DNA from: Betaproteobacteria bacterium
Lineage (GTDB): Bacteria > Pseudomonadota > Gammaproteobacteria > Burkholderiales > Burkholderiaceae_A
Length of the DNA: 64,000 nucleotides
Assembly (NCBI GenBank): GCA_018969705.1
Contig: JAGWXV010000001.1
Span: forward strand, 41,128-105,127
Reading direction: 5' to 3'
Below the pieces are notes generated by a model that saw only the letters and a program-made list of their open reading frames with translations, did not search any database and was not told where the DNA came from. Every line of letters starts with the position of its first letter. Position 1 is the stretch's first letter. Of this stretch, positions 38,409-47,469 are shown one piece after another. The position numbers and the translations under genes were made by a program.

Positions 38409-39790
38409 ATGTCGTCATTCTGGCAGCCGGCAAAGGAACCCGGATGTGCTCCGGGCTGCCCAAGGTGCTGCATCCCGTTGGGGGCATGCCGATGCTGGGC
38501 CACGTACTGAGAACTGCGCAGGCGCTAAACCCAAAAAAAATTATTGTTGTCATCGGACACGGCGCAGACCAAGTTAAGGCAGTGATACAGGCACTTCCCG
38601 AAATCTCCAAAGGCGTCCCCATTGACTGGGTCATCCAGGATCCGCCCCAGGGCACTGGCCATGCGGTGGCCCAGGCACTGCCAAAGCTCGATCCCCAGTC
38701 GACTGCGCTGATTCTATATGGCGACGTTCCCCTAATCCGCAGCCAGACCCTACGTCAGCTGGTGGATACGGCAGAGAAAAATCGCAGCCTGGCGGTGCTG
38801 ACCGCCATGCTCGACTCACCGACCGGCTACGGTCGAATTGTTCGTGATGGGCATCAACACATCCAAGGCATTGTTGAAGAAAAAGATGCCGATGCTGCGA
38901 TTCGCGCGATTTGCGAGATCAATACCGGGTTTATGGCGGCGCCAGCGGAGCATCTTGCCGCCTGGGTGTCAGCGATCGATAACCGCAATGCTCAGAAAGA
39001 GTTTTATCTCACCGACATCATTGCCAAATCAGTGGCGGAGGGCAAAGCGGTTCACAGCCTGCGATCTGACCATATCGAAGAAATTCTTGGCGTCAATAGC
39101 CAGGAGGACCGGGCCCAGATCGAACGTATTTATCAGCGCCGCATTGCCGAGCAGCTCATGTCCGCAGGCGTTCGGCTGCAAGATCCCGAAAGAATTGATG
39201 TGCTCGGCCAGCTTGAATGCGCATCCGACGTCAGCATCAGCGTTGGCTGTATTTTTGAAGGAAGGGTTCAGATTGCGGCAGGGGCCGTTATAGGCCCGCA
39301 CTGTGTCATTCGTAATGCTCAGATTGGCCAAGAGACCGTCATCGAAGCCTTTAGCCATATTGATGGTGCGGCCATCGGCCCCAGATCGGTGATTGGGCCC
39401 TACGCCCGATTGCGGCCAGGCACCGAACTTGCGGAGGGCGTGCATATCGGAAATTTTGTTGAAGTGAAAAATAGCGTTCTGGGTCCACGATCCAAGGCCA
39501 ACCATCTTTCCTATCTTGGTGATGCCAGCATTGGCAGCCGGGTCAATGTCGGAGCGGGCACAATTACTTGTAACTACGATGGCGCAGAAAAACACCGTAC
39601 CACCATTGAAGATGATGTCTTTATTGGCTCGGACACTCAGCTGGTGGCACCCGTGACTGTCGGCAGAGGCGCTACCCTTGGTGCGGGCACAACGCTGACT
39701 CAGGATGCGCCTGAAGATGCGCTGACAATCTCAAGGGCCCAGCAGGTCACCATCAAAAATTACCGGCGGCCTCAGAAAAAGGAACACTGA
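38405..39790 (+). CDS. glmU: Bifunctional UDP-GlcNAc pyrophosphorylase / GlcN-1-P acetyltransferase
   Basis: ILAAGKGTRM..LPKVLH, GYGRIVR, hexapeptide repeats and NYDG. Confidence 0.98.
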   Translation: MNVVILAAGKGTRMCSGLPKVLHPVGGMPMLGHVLRTAQALNPKKIIVVIGHGADQVKAVIQALPEISKGVPIDWVIQDPPQGTGHAVAQALPKLDPQSTALILYGDVPLIRSQTLRQLVDTAEKNRSLAVLTAMLDSPTGYGRIVRDGHQHIQGIVEEKDADAAIRAICEINTGFMAAPAEHLAAWVSAIDNRNAQKEFYLTDIIAKSVAEGKAVHSLRSDHIEEILGVNSQEDRAQIERIYQRRIAEQLMSAGVRLQDPERIDVLGQLECASDVSISVGCIFEGRVQIAAGAVIGPHCVIRNAQIGQETVIEAFSHIDGAAIGPRSVIGPYARLRPGTELAEGVHIGNFVEVKNSVLGPRSKANHLSYLGDASIGSRVNVGAGTITCNYDGAEKHRTTIEDDVFIGSDTQLVAPVTVGRGATLGAGTTLTQDAPEDALTISRAQQVTIKNYRRPQKKEH

Positions 39791-39791
39791 T

Positions 39792-41645
39792 ATGTGTGGC
39801 ATTGTCGGAGCGGTCGTCGCTCCGAGTTCAGGGAAAAATATTGTCCCAATTCTGATTGAGGGCCTCAAGAAACTCGAATATCGCGGATACGACTCCGCCG
39901 GACTGGCGATTGCGAATGAAAACGAAATTCACCGCATTCGAGCTGTGGGCCGGGTTGCAGAGCTGGAGCAGAAGTCCTCAGATCAGACTGCGACCTTAGG
40001 CATCGCCCATACCCGCTGGGCAACGCATGGCGGCGTGACCGCCAGCAACGCCCACCCCCATCTCTCTGAGCGTGATGGAATGGCCATCTGCGTTGTCCAT
40101 AACGGCATTATTGAAAACCATGACGAGCTGCGCGAATCGCTCTCAGGCCAGGGCTATGTCTTTCACTCCGAAACCGATACGGAAGTTATTGCCCATCTGA
40201 TTCATCGTTATCGCCAAGGCTGCAAAAGCCTTCAGCAGGCTGTGCATCTGGCCCGTCAGCAGCTTAAGGGTGCCTATGCAATCGCAGTCATGAGTAGCCA
40301 AGATCCGCAGGAGCTTGTCGGCACGCGGCAGGGTGCGCCGCTTTTGCTTGGGCTTGCCGAAAATCAGCAAGGCATGTTTCTGGCCTCAGACACTTCGGCC
40401 TTACTGCAAGTTACGAGAAATATTTTTTATCTCGAAGATGGTGATCTGGTCAGGCTCACCGCCAATTCAGCAGAGCTCCAAGATGCTCAGGGCAAGAAGA
40501 TTCATCGCAACGCGGTCATCAGCAGCCTATCGGCCGATGATGTTGAGTTGGGTCCGCATGCCCATTACATGCACAAGGAAATTCTCGAGCAGCCTGGGGC
40601 AGTAGCAGCTACCCTTGAAGAGGTCATGGGCGCCCATGCCTTATCGCCCGGCCTGCTGGGCCCCGATGGCGAGCGCGCCATCGGCCACATTCAGCAGGTC
40701 TTGATCCTGGCCTGCGGCACCAGCTTTCACGCAGGAATGGTTGCCCGTTACTGGATTGAATCGATTGCACGAATCCCAGTGGCACTCGAGATCGCCAGTG
40801 AATATCGCTACCGGGATTCGGTCATGCTGCCCAATACCCTGGTCATCGCCATCTCACAATCGGGTGAGACTGCCGATACTTTAGCCGCACTTCAGTTTGC
40901 AACGCGCAGTGGTGCTGCCGCCAGCCTTGCTATCTGCAATGTGCCCGAATCATCCCTCATGCGCGCGTGCACGCTGCGTCTGCTGACCCGGGCCGGGCCC
41001 GAGATTGGCGTGGCCTCGACCAAGGCATTCACTACACAGTTGGCCAGCCTTTTTCTCCTCACCCTGCTTCTGGCCAAGGCCCGGGGCCATTTAAGCCGCG
41101 AGCAGGAGCAGGGGGCCCTGGGTTCGCTGCGACACCTGCCCGCCGCGATGGTCCAGATTCTCTCTGCCGAGGCGCAATTTAAATCCTGGGCGGATCACTT
41201 TATTAACAAACAAAACGCGCTGTTTCTTGGCCGGGGTATTCACTATCCCATTGCGATGGAAGGCGCCCTTAAGCTCAAAGAAATCAGCTACATCCACGCA
41301 GAAGCCTATGCGGCGGGAGAACTCAAGCATGGACCACTTGCCTTGGTGGATGCGTCAATGCCGGTTATTGCGGTCGCCCCTAATGATCAGCTCAGCGAGA
41401 AACTGAAAAGTAATTTACAAGAGGTTCGTGCACGCGGGGGCGAGCTTTACATCATTGCCGACAAGGGATCTGGTATTGAGGCCTCAGATGGTGTTCATGT
41501 GATCACGCTTGGTGACCATGCAGGGCCTCTATCCCCCATTCTGCATGTAATTCCCTTGCAGTTCCTTGCCTACCACGTGGCGTGTGCACGTGGCCATGAT
41601 GTGGATAAGCCGCGCAATCTCGCCAAGAGCGTCACCGTCGAATAA
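39792..41645 (+). CDS. glmS: Glutamine--fructose-6-phosphate aminotransferase
   Basis: MCGIVG, LEYRGYDSAG, HTRWATHG, SQSGETAD and PRNLAKSVTVE motifs. Confidence 0.99.
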   Translation: MCGIVGAVVAPSSGKNIVPILIEGLKKLEYRGYDSAGLAIANENEIHRIRAVGRVAELEQKSSDQTATLGIAHTRWATHGGVTASNAHPHLSERDGMAICVVHNGIIENHDELRESLSGQGYVFHSETDTEVIAHLIHRYRQGCKSLQQAVHLARQQLKGAYAIAVMSSQDPQELVGTRQGAPLLLGLAENQQGMFLASDTSALLQVTRNIFYLEDGDLVRLTANSAELQDAQGKKIHRNAVISSLSADDVELGPHAHYMHKEILEQPGAVAATLEEVMGAHALSPGLLGPDGERAIGHIQQVLILACGTSFHAGMVARYWIESIARIPVALEIASEYRYRDSVMLPNTLVIAISQSGETADTLAALQFATRSGAAASLAICNVPESSLMRACTLRLLTRAGPEIGVASTKAFTTQLASLFLLTLLLAKARGHLSREQEQGALGSLRHLPAAMVQILSAEAQFKSWADHFINKQNALFLGRGIHYPIAMEGALKLKEISYIHAEAYAAGELKHGPLALVDASMPVIAVAPNDQLSEKLKSNLQEVRARGGELYIIADKGSGIEASDGVHVITLGDHAGPLSPILHVIPLQFLAYHVACARGHDVDKPRNLAKSVTVE

Positions 41646-41673
41646 ACTAACTGGCCTTCACAAGGAGGTCACG

Positions 41674-42099
41674 ATGCATATTGGTATTGCCGTTGATGGC
41701 TCAGAAAATTCCCTGCGGGCTGTGAAACATGCGATTGGCCTTGCCCAACAACTTAAGCAGGCGCCCTCACTAAGTTTGATTAATGTGCATTTATCAGCCC
41801 TGATCTCCCCAGTTGCAAAAGGGATTGACCGCCATCAGATTGAGCAGTACATGGATCAGATCGCAGAAGAAGAACTGAAGGCCGCCCGCCAGGCAGTTAC
41901 GGACTCCAAACTTTCTGCCCAGGTCATTAAAGGCCATGGTGAGGTCGCCCCCACGATCATTGAAATCATTAAAAAAGAAAACATCGATCTGATGGTCATG
42001 GGCGGCAAAGGCCGCAGCGGCTTGAGTGATTTAATTCTGGGGTCAGTGACCACCAAGCTGATCAGTCTCAGTCCTGTGCCGGTATTGGTGGTGAGGTAA
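41674..42099 (+). CDS. Universal stress protein (UspA family)
   Basis: AVDGSENS and DLMVMGGKGRSG...LGSVT...PVLVVR; AGGAGG SD. Confidence 0.93.
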   Translation: MHIGIAVDGSENSLRAVKHAIGLAQQLKQAPSLSLINVHLSALISPVAKGIDRHQIEQYMDQIAEEELKAARQAVTDSKLSAQVIKGHGEVAPTIIEIIKKENIDLMVMGGKGRSGLSDLILGSVTTKLISLSPVPVLVVR

Positions 42100-43363
42100 A
42101 CCGATCAAAACGCTGGCGCATGAGCGCCAGCACAACAACACCCGGCGCTGCCAGCGCAGTCGATAGCAAAAAAAATTCGGGCCATCCCCAGTCCGAGGCC
42201 ACCACGCCTGCGACCGGTCCGATCACAACGCGACCAATTGAGGCCAACGCCGATAGCAGTGCGAACTGCGTCGCAGTGAAGCGCACATCGCAGAGACCCA
42301 TAAGCAAGGCGACAAAGGCAGCGGTGCCCATTCCTCCTGCAAGGTTTTCCAACAGAACGACCGCGGTCATCCCGGCAAGCGTGGGGGTTGTCGAGGCCAG
42401 CCACCAAAATCCAAGATTGGTAACACCCTGAAGCACACCGAAAACCAGCAGGGCCTGCCAAAGGGAAATTCGCGACAGCAACAATCCGCCCGCCAGTCCG
42501 CCCACCAGCGTTGCCAGAAGGCCCATGCCTTTATTTACCGCACCGACTTCGGCAGGGGTAAAGCCAGCGCCACGAATTAGAAATGCAGTCGATAGGCTGC
42601 CCGCAAAGGCATCTCCAAATTTGTAAAGCACGATCATCAAAAGAAAGAGCAGGGCGCCAGGCCGGCCGAAAAATTCCTTGAAGGGCTCGACAACCGCGAG
42701 AACCAAAGAGCGTGGCACCGGGGCCTGGGTGGGCTCCGGCGCGATCGCCGCAATCACTGCAAAAACTACGGCAAAGCCCGCCATCAGCAGATAGACCCCC
42801 TGAAACCCCAGCCAGAGATCGGCCAACATTAGGGCAAGCCCCCCTGAGGTGAGCATCGCGAGCCGATAACCGATCACCGACCATGCGGCACCTAGCCCAC
42901 GCTGCGCGGGCGTTAATGACTCCGCCCGCCAGGCATCGAACACGATGTCAAAACTTGCCGAAAGAACCACCAGGCCAAAGGCCAGGGCGGCAAGCCAAAT
43001 CAGGCTGTTGGGGTCGGAGGAAGGCGCCTGAAACGACATTGCCGCAAGCACAGCCGCCATCGCCAATAACAAGGCGACGAGCCAGCCCCGGCGGCGGCCG
43101 GCCCAATTTCCTTTAGCCGGAAATCGATAGCGGTCCAAAAGCGGCGCCCAGAGGAACTTATAGGTGTAGGGCAGTCCCAGCAGGGTCAGCCAGCCGAGGG
43201 TTTTGAGATTGACGCCTTCGACCGTCAGCCAGGCCTGCAGGGTGCCGGCCGAGAGTGCCAGCGGCAGCCCGCTCGCAAAGCCCAGCAGCAGCGTCATGGT
43301 GAGCAGGGATCGGGGCGGCGGGGCCGTGATCGACGGCTGCTGGCCATTGCGATTTGGATTCAT
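42068..43363 (-). CDS. ampG: AmpG family muropeptide MFS permease
   Basis: LGFASGLPL, KFLWAPLLD, GRRRGW, DI..DAWR, YKFGD and ATQFALLS motifs. Confidence 0.93.
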   Translation of the reverse strand: MNPNRNGQQPSITAPPPRSLLTMTLLLGFASGLPLALSAGTLQAWLTVEGVNLKTLGWLTLLGLPYTYKFLWAPLLDRYRFPAKGNWAGRRRGWLVALLLAMAAVLAAMSFQAPSSDPNSLIWLAALAFGLVVLSASFDIVFDAWRAESLTPAQRGLGAAWSVIGYRLAMLTSGGLALMLADLWLGFQGVYLLMAGFAVVFAVIAAIAPEPTQAPVPRSLVLAVVEPFKEFFGRPGALLFLLMIVLYKFGDAFAGSLSTAFLIRGAGFTPAEVGAVNKGMGLLATLVGGLAGGLLLSRISLWQALLVFGVLQGVTNLGFWWLASTTPTLAGMTAVVLLENLAGGMGTAAFVALLMGLCDVRFTATQFALLSALASIGRVVIGPVAGVVASDWGWPEFFLLSTALAAPGVVVLALMRQRFDRFTSPPIPAQD

Positions 43364-43384
43364 GAGGCAGTATTGTCATCGGAT

Positions 43385-44254
43385 ATGCGCTCTTTTGCTG
43401 CTCACTGGGCGGCCCGTACTGCGGCCGCAATCGGACTGGCCTTTCTGGCAGCAGGAATACCTGCGTTTGCACAGCCTTCTGCTGAAGGCATCACGCTTGA
43501 GCGGCCATCACGACTCAAAAATTTAGTGCCTGCCGAGCAGCTCGAGCGGACTGCGGGACAGCAATTTGCGCAGATGAAACGCCAGGCATCCGAAAAGAAT
43601 GCTCTCGCTGCAGATGATCACCCGCAGCTGATTCGGCTGCGGGTGATTGCAAAGCGGCTCATGCCCCACATCGGCCGATGGAATTCCAAGGCTGTCAACT
43701 GGCCCTGGGAAGTACAACTATTTGGATCCAACGCCATTAATGCGTTTTGTATGCCTGGCGGAAAGATTGGTTTTTATACAGGGATTCTCGATCGACTCAA
43801 GCTCACCGATGATGAGGTGGCCATGATCATGGGCCATGAAATGGCCCATGCCTTACGCGAACACTCGCGTGAGCGGCTTGCCAAACATCAGCTCACGGGC
43901 ATCGGTGCGACGGTGCTGTCATCCGTGCTTGGGCTGGGGGAGGCTGGCCGCACGGTGATGGATTATGGTGCACAACTCACCATGCTTAAATTTTCTCGTG
44001 ATGACGAAGGCGAGGCAGACTTAATTGGTCTGGATATTGCTGCACGGGCAGGCTTTGATCCGCGTGCGGGCATTACGCTGTGGAGAAAAATGTCGGCCCA
44101 ATCTAAAAATACGCCACCGCAATGGCTATCGACCCACCCCTCAGGCAACAATCGCATCGCAGAGATTGAACGGCATCTTGATCTTGTATTGCCGCTTTTT
44201 GCTCAGGCGATTGGTGTATCGATAGATCAACTTCCGCCTGATCCAAGCCTTTAA
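43385..44254 (+). CDS. M48 family metallopeptidase
   Basis: INAFCMPGGKI, GHEMAH (HExxH), E.EAD and LSTHP motifs; signal peptide. Confidence 0.92.
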   Translation: MRSFAAHWAARTAAAIGLAFLAAGIPAFAQPSAEGITLERPSRLKNLVPAEQLERTAGQQFAQMKRQASEKNALAADDHPQLIRLRVIAKRLMPHIGRWNSKAVNWPWEVQLFGSNAINAFCMPGGKIGFYTGILDRLKLTDDEVAMIMGHEMAHALREHSRERLAKHQLTGIGATVLSSVLGLGEAGRTVMDYGAQLTMLKFSRDDEGEADLIGLDIAARAGFDPRAGITLWRKMSAQSKNTPPQWLSTHPSGNNRIAEIERHLDLVLPLFAQAIGVSIDQLPPDPSL

Positions 44255-44943
44255 GTAACGCCCCATCGCTCACGATAGGCGGCAACCGCATCCCGATAAC
44301 GGGAGAGTTCCCGATCATCAGAGCGATCAAGAAACTCCAAAAGATCCGCGAGATTGGCGATCGCAATCACCGGGATTCCGAAAAGATCCTGGACCTCTTG
44401 AACGGCAGAGCGCTCGGTCGGCGCACTGGCAGTGCCGCCACGCTCCATACGATCTAATGCAATCAGCACGCCTGCCGGTGTTGCGCCGTGGGCACGAATA
44501 ATGTCGACCGATTCCCGAACTGAAGTGCCCGCCGAAATTACATCGTCCACAATCAGAATGCGGCCGGCCAGGGCCCGGCCCACCACGACCCCACCCTCAC
44601 CATGATCTTTGGCTTCCTTGCGGTTGTATGAAAAACCAATATCGCGGCCCGCATGCGATAAGGCCACGGCTGTCGCGCTGACCAAGGGGATGCCTTTATA
44701 GGCTGGCCCAAAGAGGCCATCGGCCTGCAGCCGGCCATCAAATTCCGCTGCCAGGAATGTCTTGGCATAAAAGCCCGCCAGCGCACCCAGCGTGCCGCCA
44801 TGATCAAAAAGTCCCGCATTAAAAAAATACGGGGACTCGCGGCCTGCTTTTGTGATGAAGCTGCCGAACTTTAATACGCCGGCATCGATGGCAAACCGAA
44901 TAAATTCCTGATCGGCGGGTCGTGAATCATAGGAGTGGGCCAT
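44251..44943 (-). CDS. pyrE: Orotate phosphoribosyltransferase
   Basis: SPYFFNAG, FGPAYKGIP, NRKEAKDHGEGG and VDDVISAG motifs. Confidence 0.97.
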   Translation of the reverse strand: MAHSYDSRPADQEFIRFAIDAGVLKFGSFITKAGRESPYFFNAGLFDHGGTLGALAGFYAKTFLAAEFDGRLQADGLFGPAYKGIPLVSATAVALSHAGRDIGFSYNRKEAKDHGEGGVVVGRALAGRILIVDDVISAGTSVRESVDIIRAHGATPAGVLIALDRMERGGTASAPTERSAVQEVQDLFGIPVIAIANLADLLEFLDRSDDRELSRYRDAVAAYRERWGVT

Positions 44944-44963
44944 GATGCGAGAGAATATCATCC

Positions 44964-45767
44964 ATGCGCATCGTCTCGCTTAATCTCAACGGCATTCGCT
45001 CAGCAGCATCAAAAGGGGCCTTGGCATGGCTTGGTCATCTGCAGGCCGATGTTGTCTGTGTGCAAGAGCTCAAGGCCCAAGACCAAGATCTCAGCGATGA
45101 ACACTGCCGCATCCTGCACAACGGCCGGACGCTACAGGCGGTGTTTTATTGTGCCCAGAAAAAAGGCTACAGCGGTGTTGGTATTTACAGCGCGCTAGCA
45201 CCCTCGCGCATCCTGCGCGGCATCGGGGTTCAAGAGTTTGACGACGAGGGCCGTGTTCTACGGGCGGATTTTGACCAGGCCAAAACACCCCTATCCGTGG
45301 TCAGCGTCTACCTGCCCTCCGGGTCTGCATCTGAAGCGCGTCAGGCCTCGAAGTTCCGATTCCTAGATGGGTTTTATCCCGTGCTGGAGTCATGGTTTAA
45401 GGAGTATCAAAAGACGGGCCGCGAGTTTTTGATTTGCGGCGATTGGAATATCGCGCATAAGGAGATTGATCTTAAAAACTGGAAAGGCAACCTGAAGAAT
45501 TCAGGCTTTCTGCCAGAAGAGCGGGAGTGGCTCACCCGGGTCTTCGATAGCCTAGGGTGGGTTGATGTATTTCGCAGGCTCGATGCGCGGCCCGAGCAAT
45601 ACACCTGGTGGAGTCAGCGCGGGCAGGCCCGCGAGAAAAATGTTGGCTGGCGAATCGACTATCAGATCGCTACACCGGGGCTAGCAAACATCGCCCGCTC
45701 ATGCTTTATTCACACCGCGGATCGATTTTCGGACCATGCGCCGCTGGTCATCGACTACGGCAGCTAG
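44964..45767 (+). CDS. xth: Exodeoxyribonuclease III
   Basis: NLNGIR, QELK, GYSGV, GDWNIAH, GWRIDY and SDHAP motifs. Confidence 0.95.
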   Translation: MRIVSLNLNGIRSAASKGALAWLGHLQADVVCVQELKAQDQDLSDEHCRILHNGRTLQAVFYCAQKKGYSGVGIYSALAPSRILRGIGVQEFDDEGRVLRADFDQAKTPLSVVSVYLPSGSASEARQASKFRFLDGFYPVLESWFKEYQKTGREFLICGDWNIAHKEIDLKNWKGNLKNSGFLPEEREWLTRVFDSLGWVDVFRRLDARPEQYTWWSQRGQAREKNVGWRIDYQIATPGLANIARSCFIHTADRFSDHAPLVIDYGS

Positions 45768-45779
45768 ATCGCGCCTCGG

Positions 45780-47459
45780 CTAGGCCTTCTCGGCCAGCAT
45801 CCGGCGCGCGATCTGTTCGGCAATCAGCATCACTGGGGCATTGGTATTTCCCGAGGTAATTGTGGGCATCGCTGAAGCATCGACGACGCGAAGCCGCGCG
45901 ACACCCCGCAGTCGGCAGTCCGTATCCAGCACGGTCATGGGATCTGCGGCCTGGCCGCGATGATCGACTTGGCCCATCGCACAGGTCGCGACCGGATGAA
46001 AAATCGTGGTGCCAAGATCGCGGGCGGCGTTGATTAATTCTGCCTCGGTCTGAAGCGTGGGGCCCGGCAGGATCTCGGCAGGTTGATAGCTTGCGAGGGC
46101 CTGGCTCTGCATGATTCGGCGGGTCCATCGCAGCCCAGCCACGGCAGTTTGTAAATCTGCCTCAGTGGATAGGTAGTTGCACATAATTTTCGGTGATGCC
46201 ATGGGATCTGGATGCGCCAAGCGGATGGTGCCGCGCGAGCTGGGACGTAGATTACAAACACTTGGAGTGATCGCATTAAAACGATGAAGCGGCTCTCCAA
46301 ATTTTGGAAGTGATAAGGGCTGTACATGCCACTCAAGATCGGGGGTGAGGCACTCGGGCCGGCTTTTGGCAAATGCGCCAAGCGTCGATGGTGGCATGGT
46401 CATGGGCCCGGAGCGCAAAAAAGCGTATTGCAGGGCCATACCGATTCGAGTCAGCGGATTGCGATACAGAGTATTGACCGTGGCGCAGTTGGCCACCTGA
46501 TAGACCGTGCGGATTTGCAAGTGGTCTTGTAGGTTCTCACCGACCCCAGCAAGATCATGAACAATCGGCACGCCCACAGTCGATAACACCGCAGCCGGAC
46601 CAATCCCCGAGGCCTGAAGCAGGTGCGGCGAGCTGACCGCGCCGGCTGACAAGATCACCTGATCGCGCACCGATATACGCTGCTTGCTGCCTTCATGGAG
46701 TATTTCGATACCCGTGATCTCGTGGGCAGCGTTGGCCCAGGCGGACTCGGCATACTGCTGCTGATGGGTGGTCTCAGGAGAAATTGGCGCGGTAATGAGT
46801 CGCAAGACCTGCGCCTTTGACATCACCTTTAAATTAGGCCGATGGCGAACAGGATGCAAAAATGCATCTGCCATTGACCAGCGAATCCCCCGACGCTGTG
46901 TCACGTGGAAATAGGCGCAGCCGGAGTTATCACCGCGGTTAAATTCCTCGATTGCGGCAATGCCCTGCTCGGCGGCAGCCTGCCGCCAGGCATCCAGAAT
47001 CTCCCAACGAACGCGCGGAGACTCCACGCGCATTTCACCACCCACGCCGTGCCAGGGACTGGATCCGCCAAAATAATCTTCCATTGCACGATAGGTAGCC
47101 AATGCCTCGGGCCACCCCCAGCGGTCATCGCCAGTTGCTTGTACCCATCGGTCATAGTCTGACGCCTGACCGCGCATATAGATCATCGCGTTAATCGATG
47201 ATGAGCCCCCAATTACGCGTCCGCGCGCATAGTGAATGGATCTTCCGTTGAGGCCGGGATCCGGCTCGGTCTTAAAACACCAATCGGTTCGTGGATTTGC
47301 AATCGCAAACAGATAGCCGACCGGGATTTTGATCCAGATCCAATCATCCTCGCCACCGGCTTCGATCAATACAACCTGACGGCTAGGGTCTGCAGAGAGT
47401 CGATTGGCCAGCAGGCAGCCCGCACTGCCAGCTCCGATAATGACGATATCGGCCTGCAT
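45780..47459 (-). CDS. GMC family oxidoreductase (choline dehydrogenase-like)
   Basis: GAGSAGC, GGSSSINAM, GENLQDH, FHP..T and VVDASAMP...SGNTNAP motifs. Confidence 0.92.
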   Translation of the reverse strand: MQADIVIIGAGSAGCLLANRLSADPSRQVVLIEAGGEDDWIWIKIPVGYLFAIANPRTDWCFKTEPDPGLNGRSIHYARGRVIGGSSSINAMIYMRGQASDYDRWVQATGDDRWGWPEALATYRAMEDYFGGSSPWHGVGGEMRVESPRVRWEILDAWRQAAAEQGIAAIEEFNRGDNSGCAYFHVTQRRGIRWSMADAFLHPVRHRPNLKVMSKAQVLRLITAPISPETTHQQQYAESAWANAAHEITGIEILHEGSKQRISVRDQVILSAGAVSSPHLLQASGIGPAAVLSTVGVPIVHDLAGVGENLQDHLQIRTVYQVANCATVNTLYRNPLTRIGMALQYAFLRSGPMTMPPSTLGAFAKSRPECLTPDLEWHVQPLSLPKFGEPLHRFNAITPSVCNLRPSSRGTIRLAHPDPMASPKIMCNYLSTEADLQTAVAGLRWTRRIMQSQALASYQPAEILPGPTLQTEAELINAARDLGTTIFHPVATCAMGQVDHRGQAADPMTVLDTDCRLRGVARLRVVDASAMPTITSGNTNAPVMLIAEQIARRMLAEKA

Positions 47460-47469
47460 GGCCAGCCGC

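Noticed and set aside
39780-39795. glmS ribozyme or regulatory glmU-glmS spacer
   Set aside because: The glmU stop and glmS start are 1 nt apart
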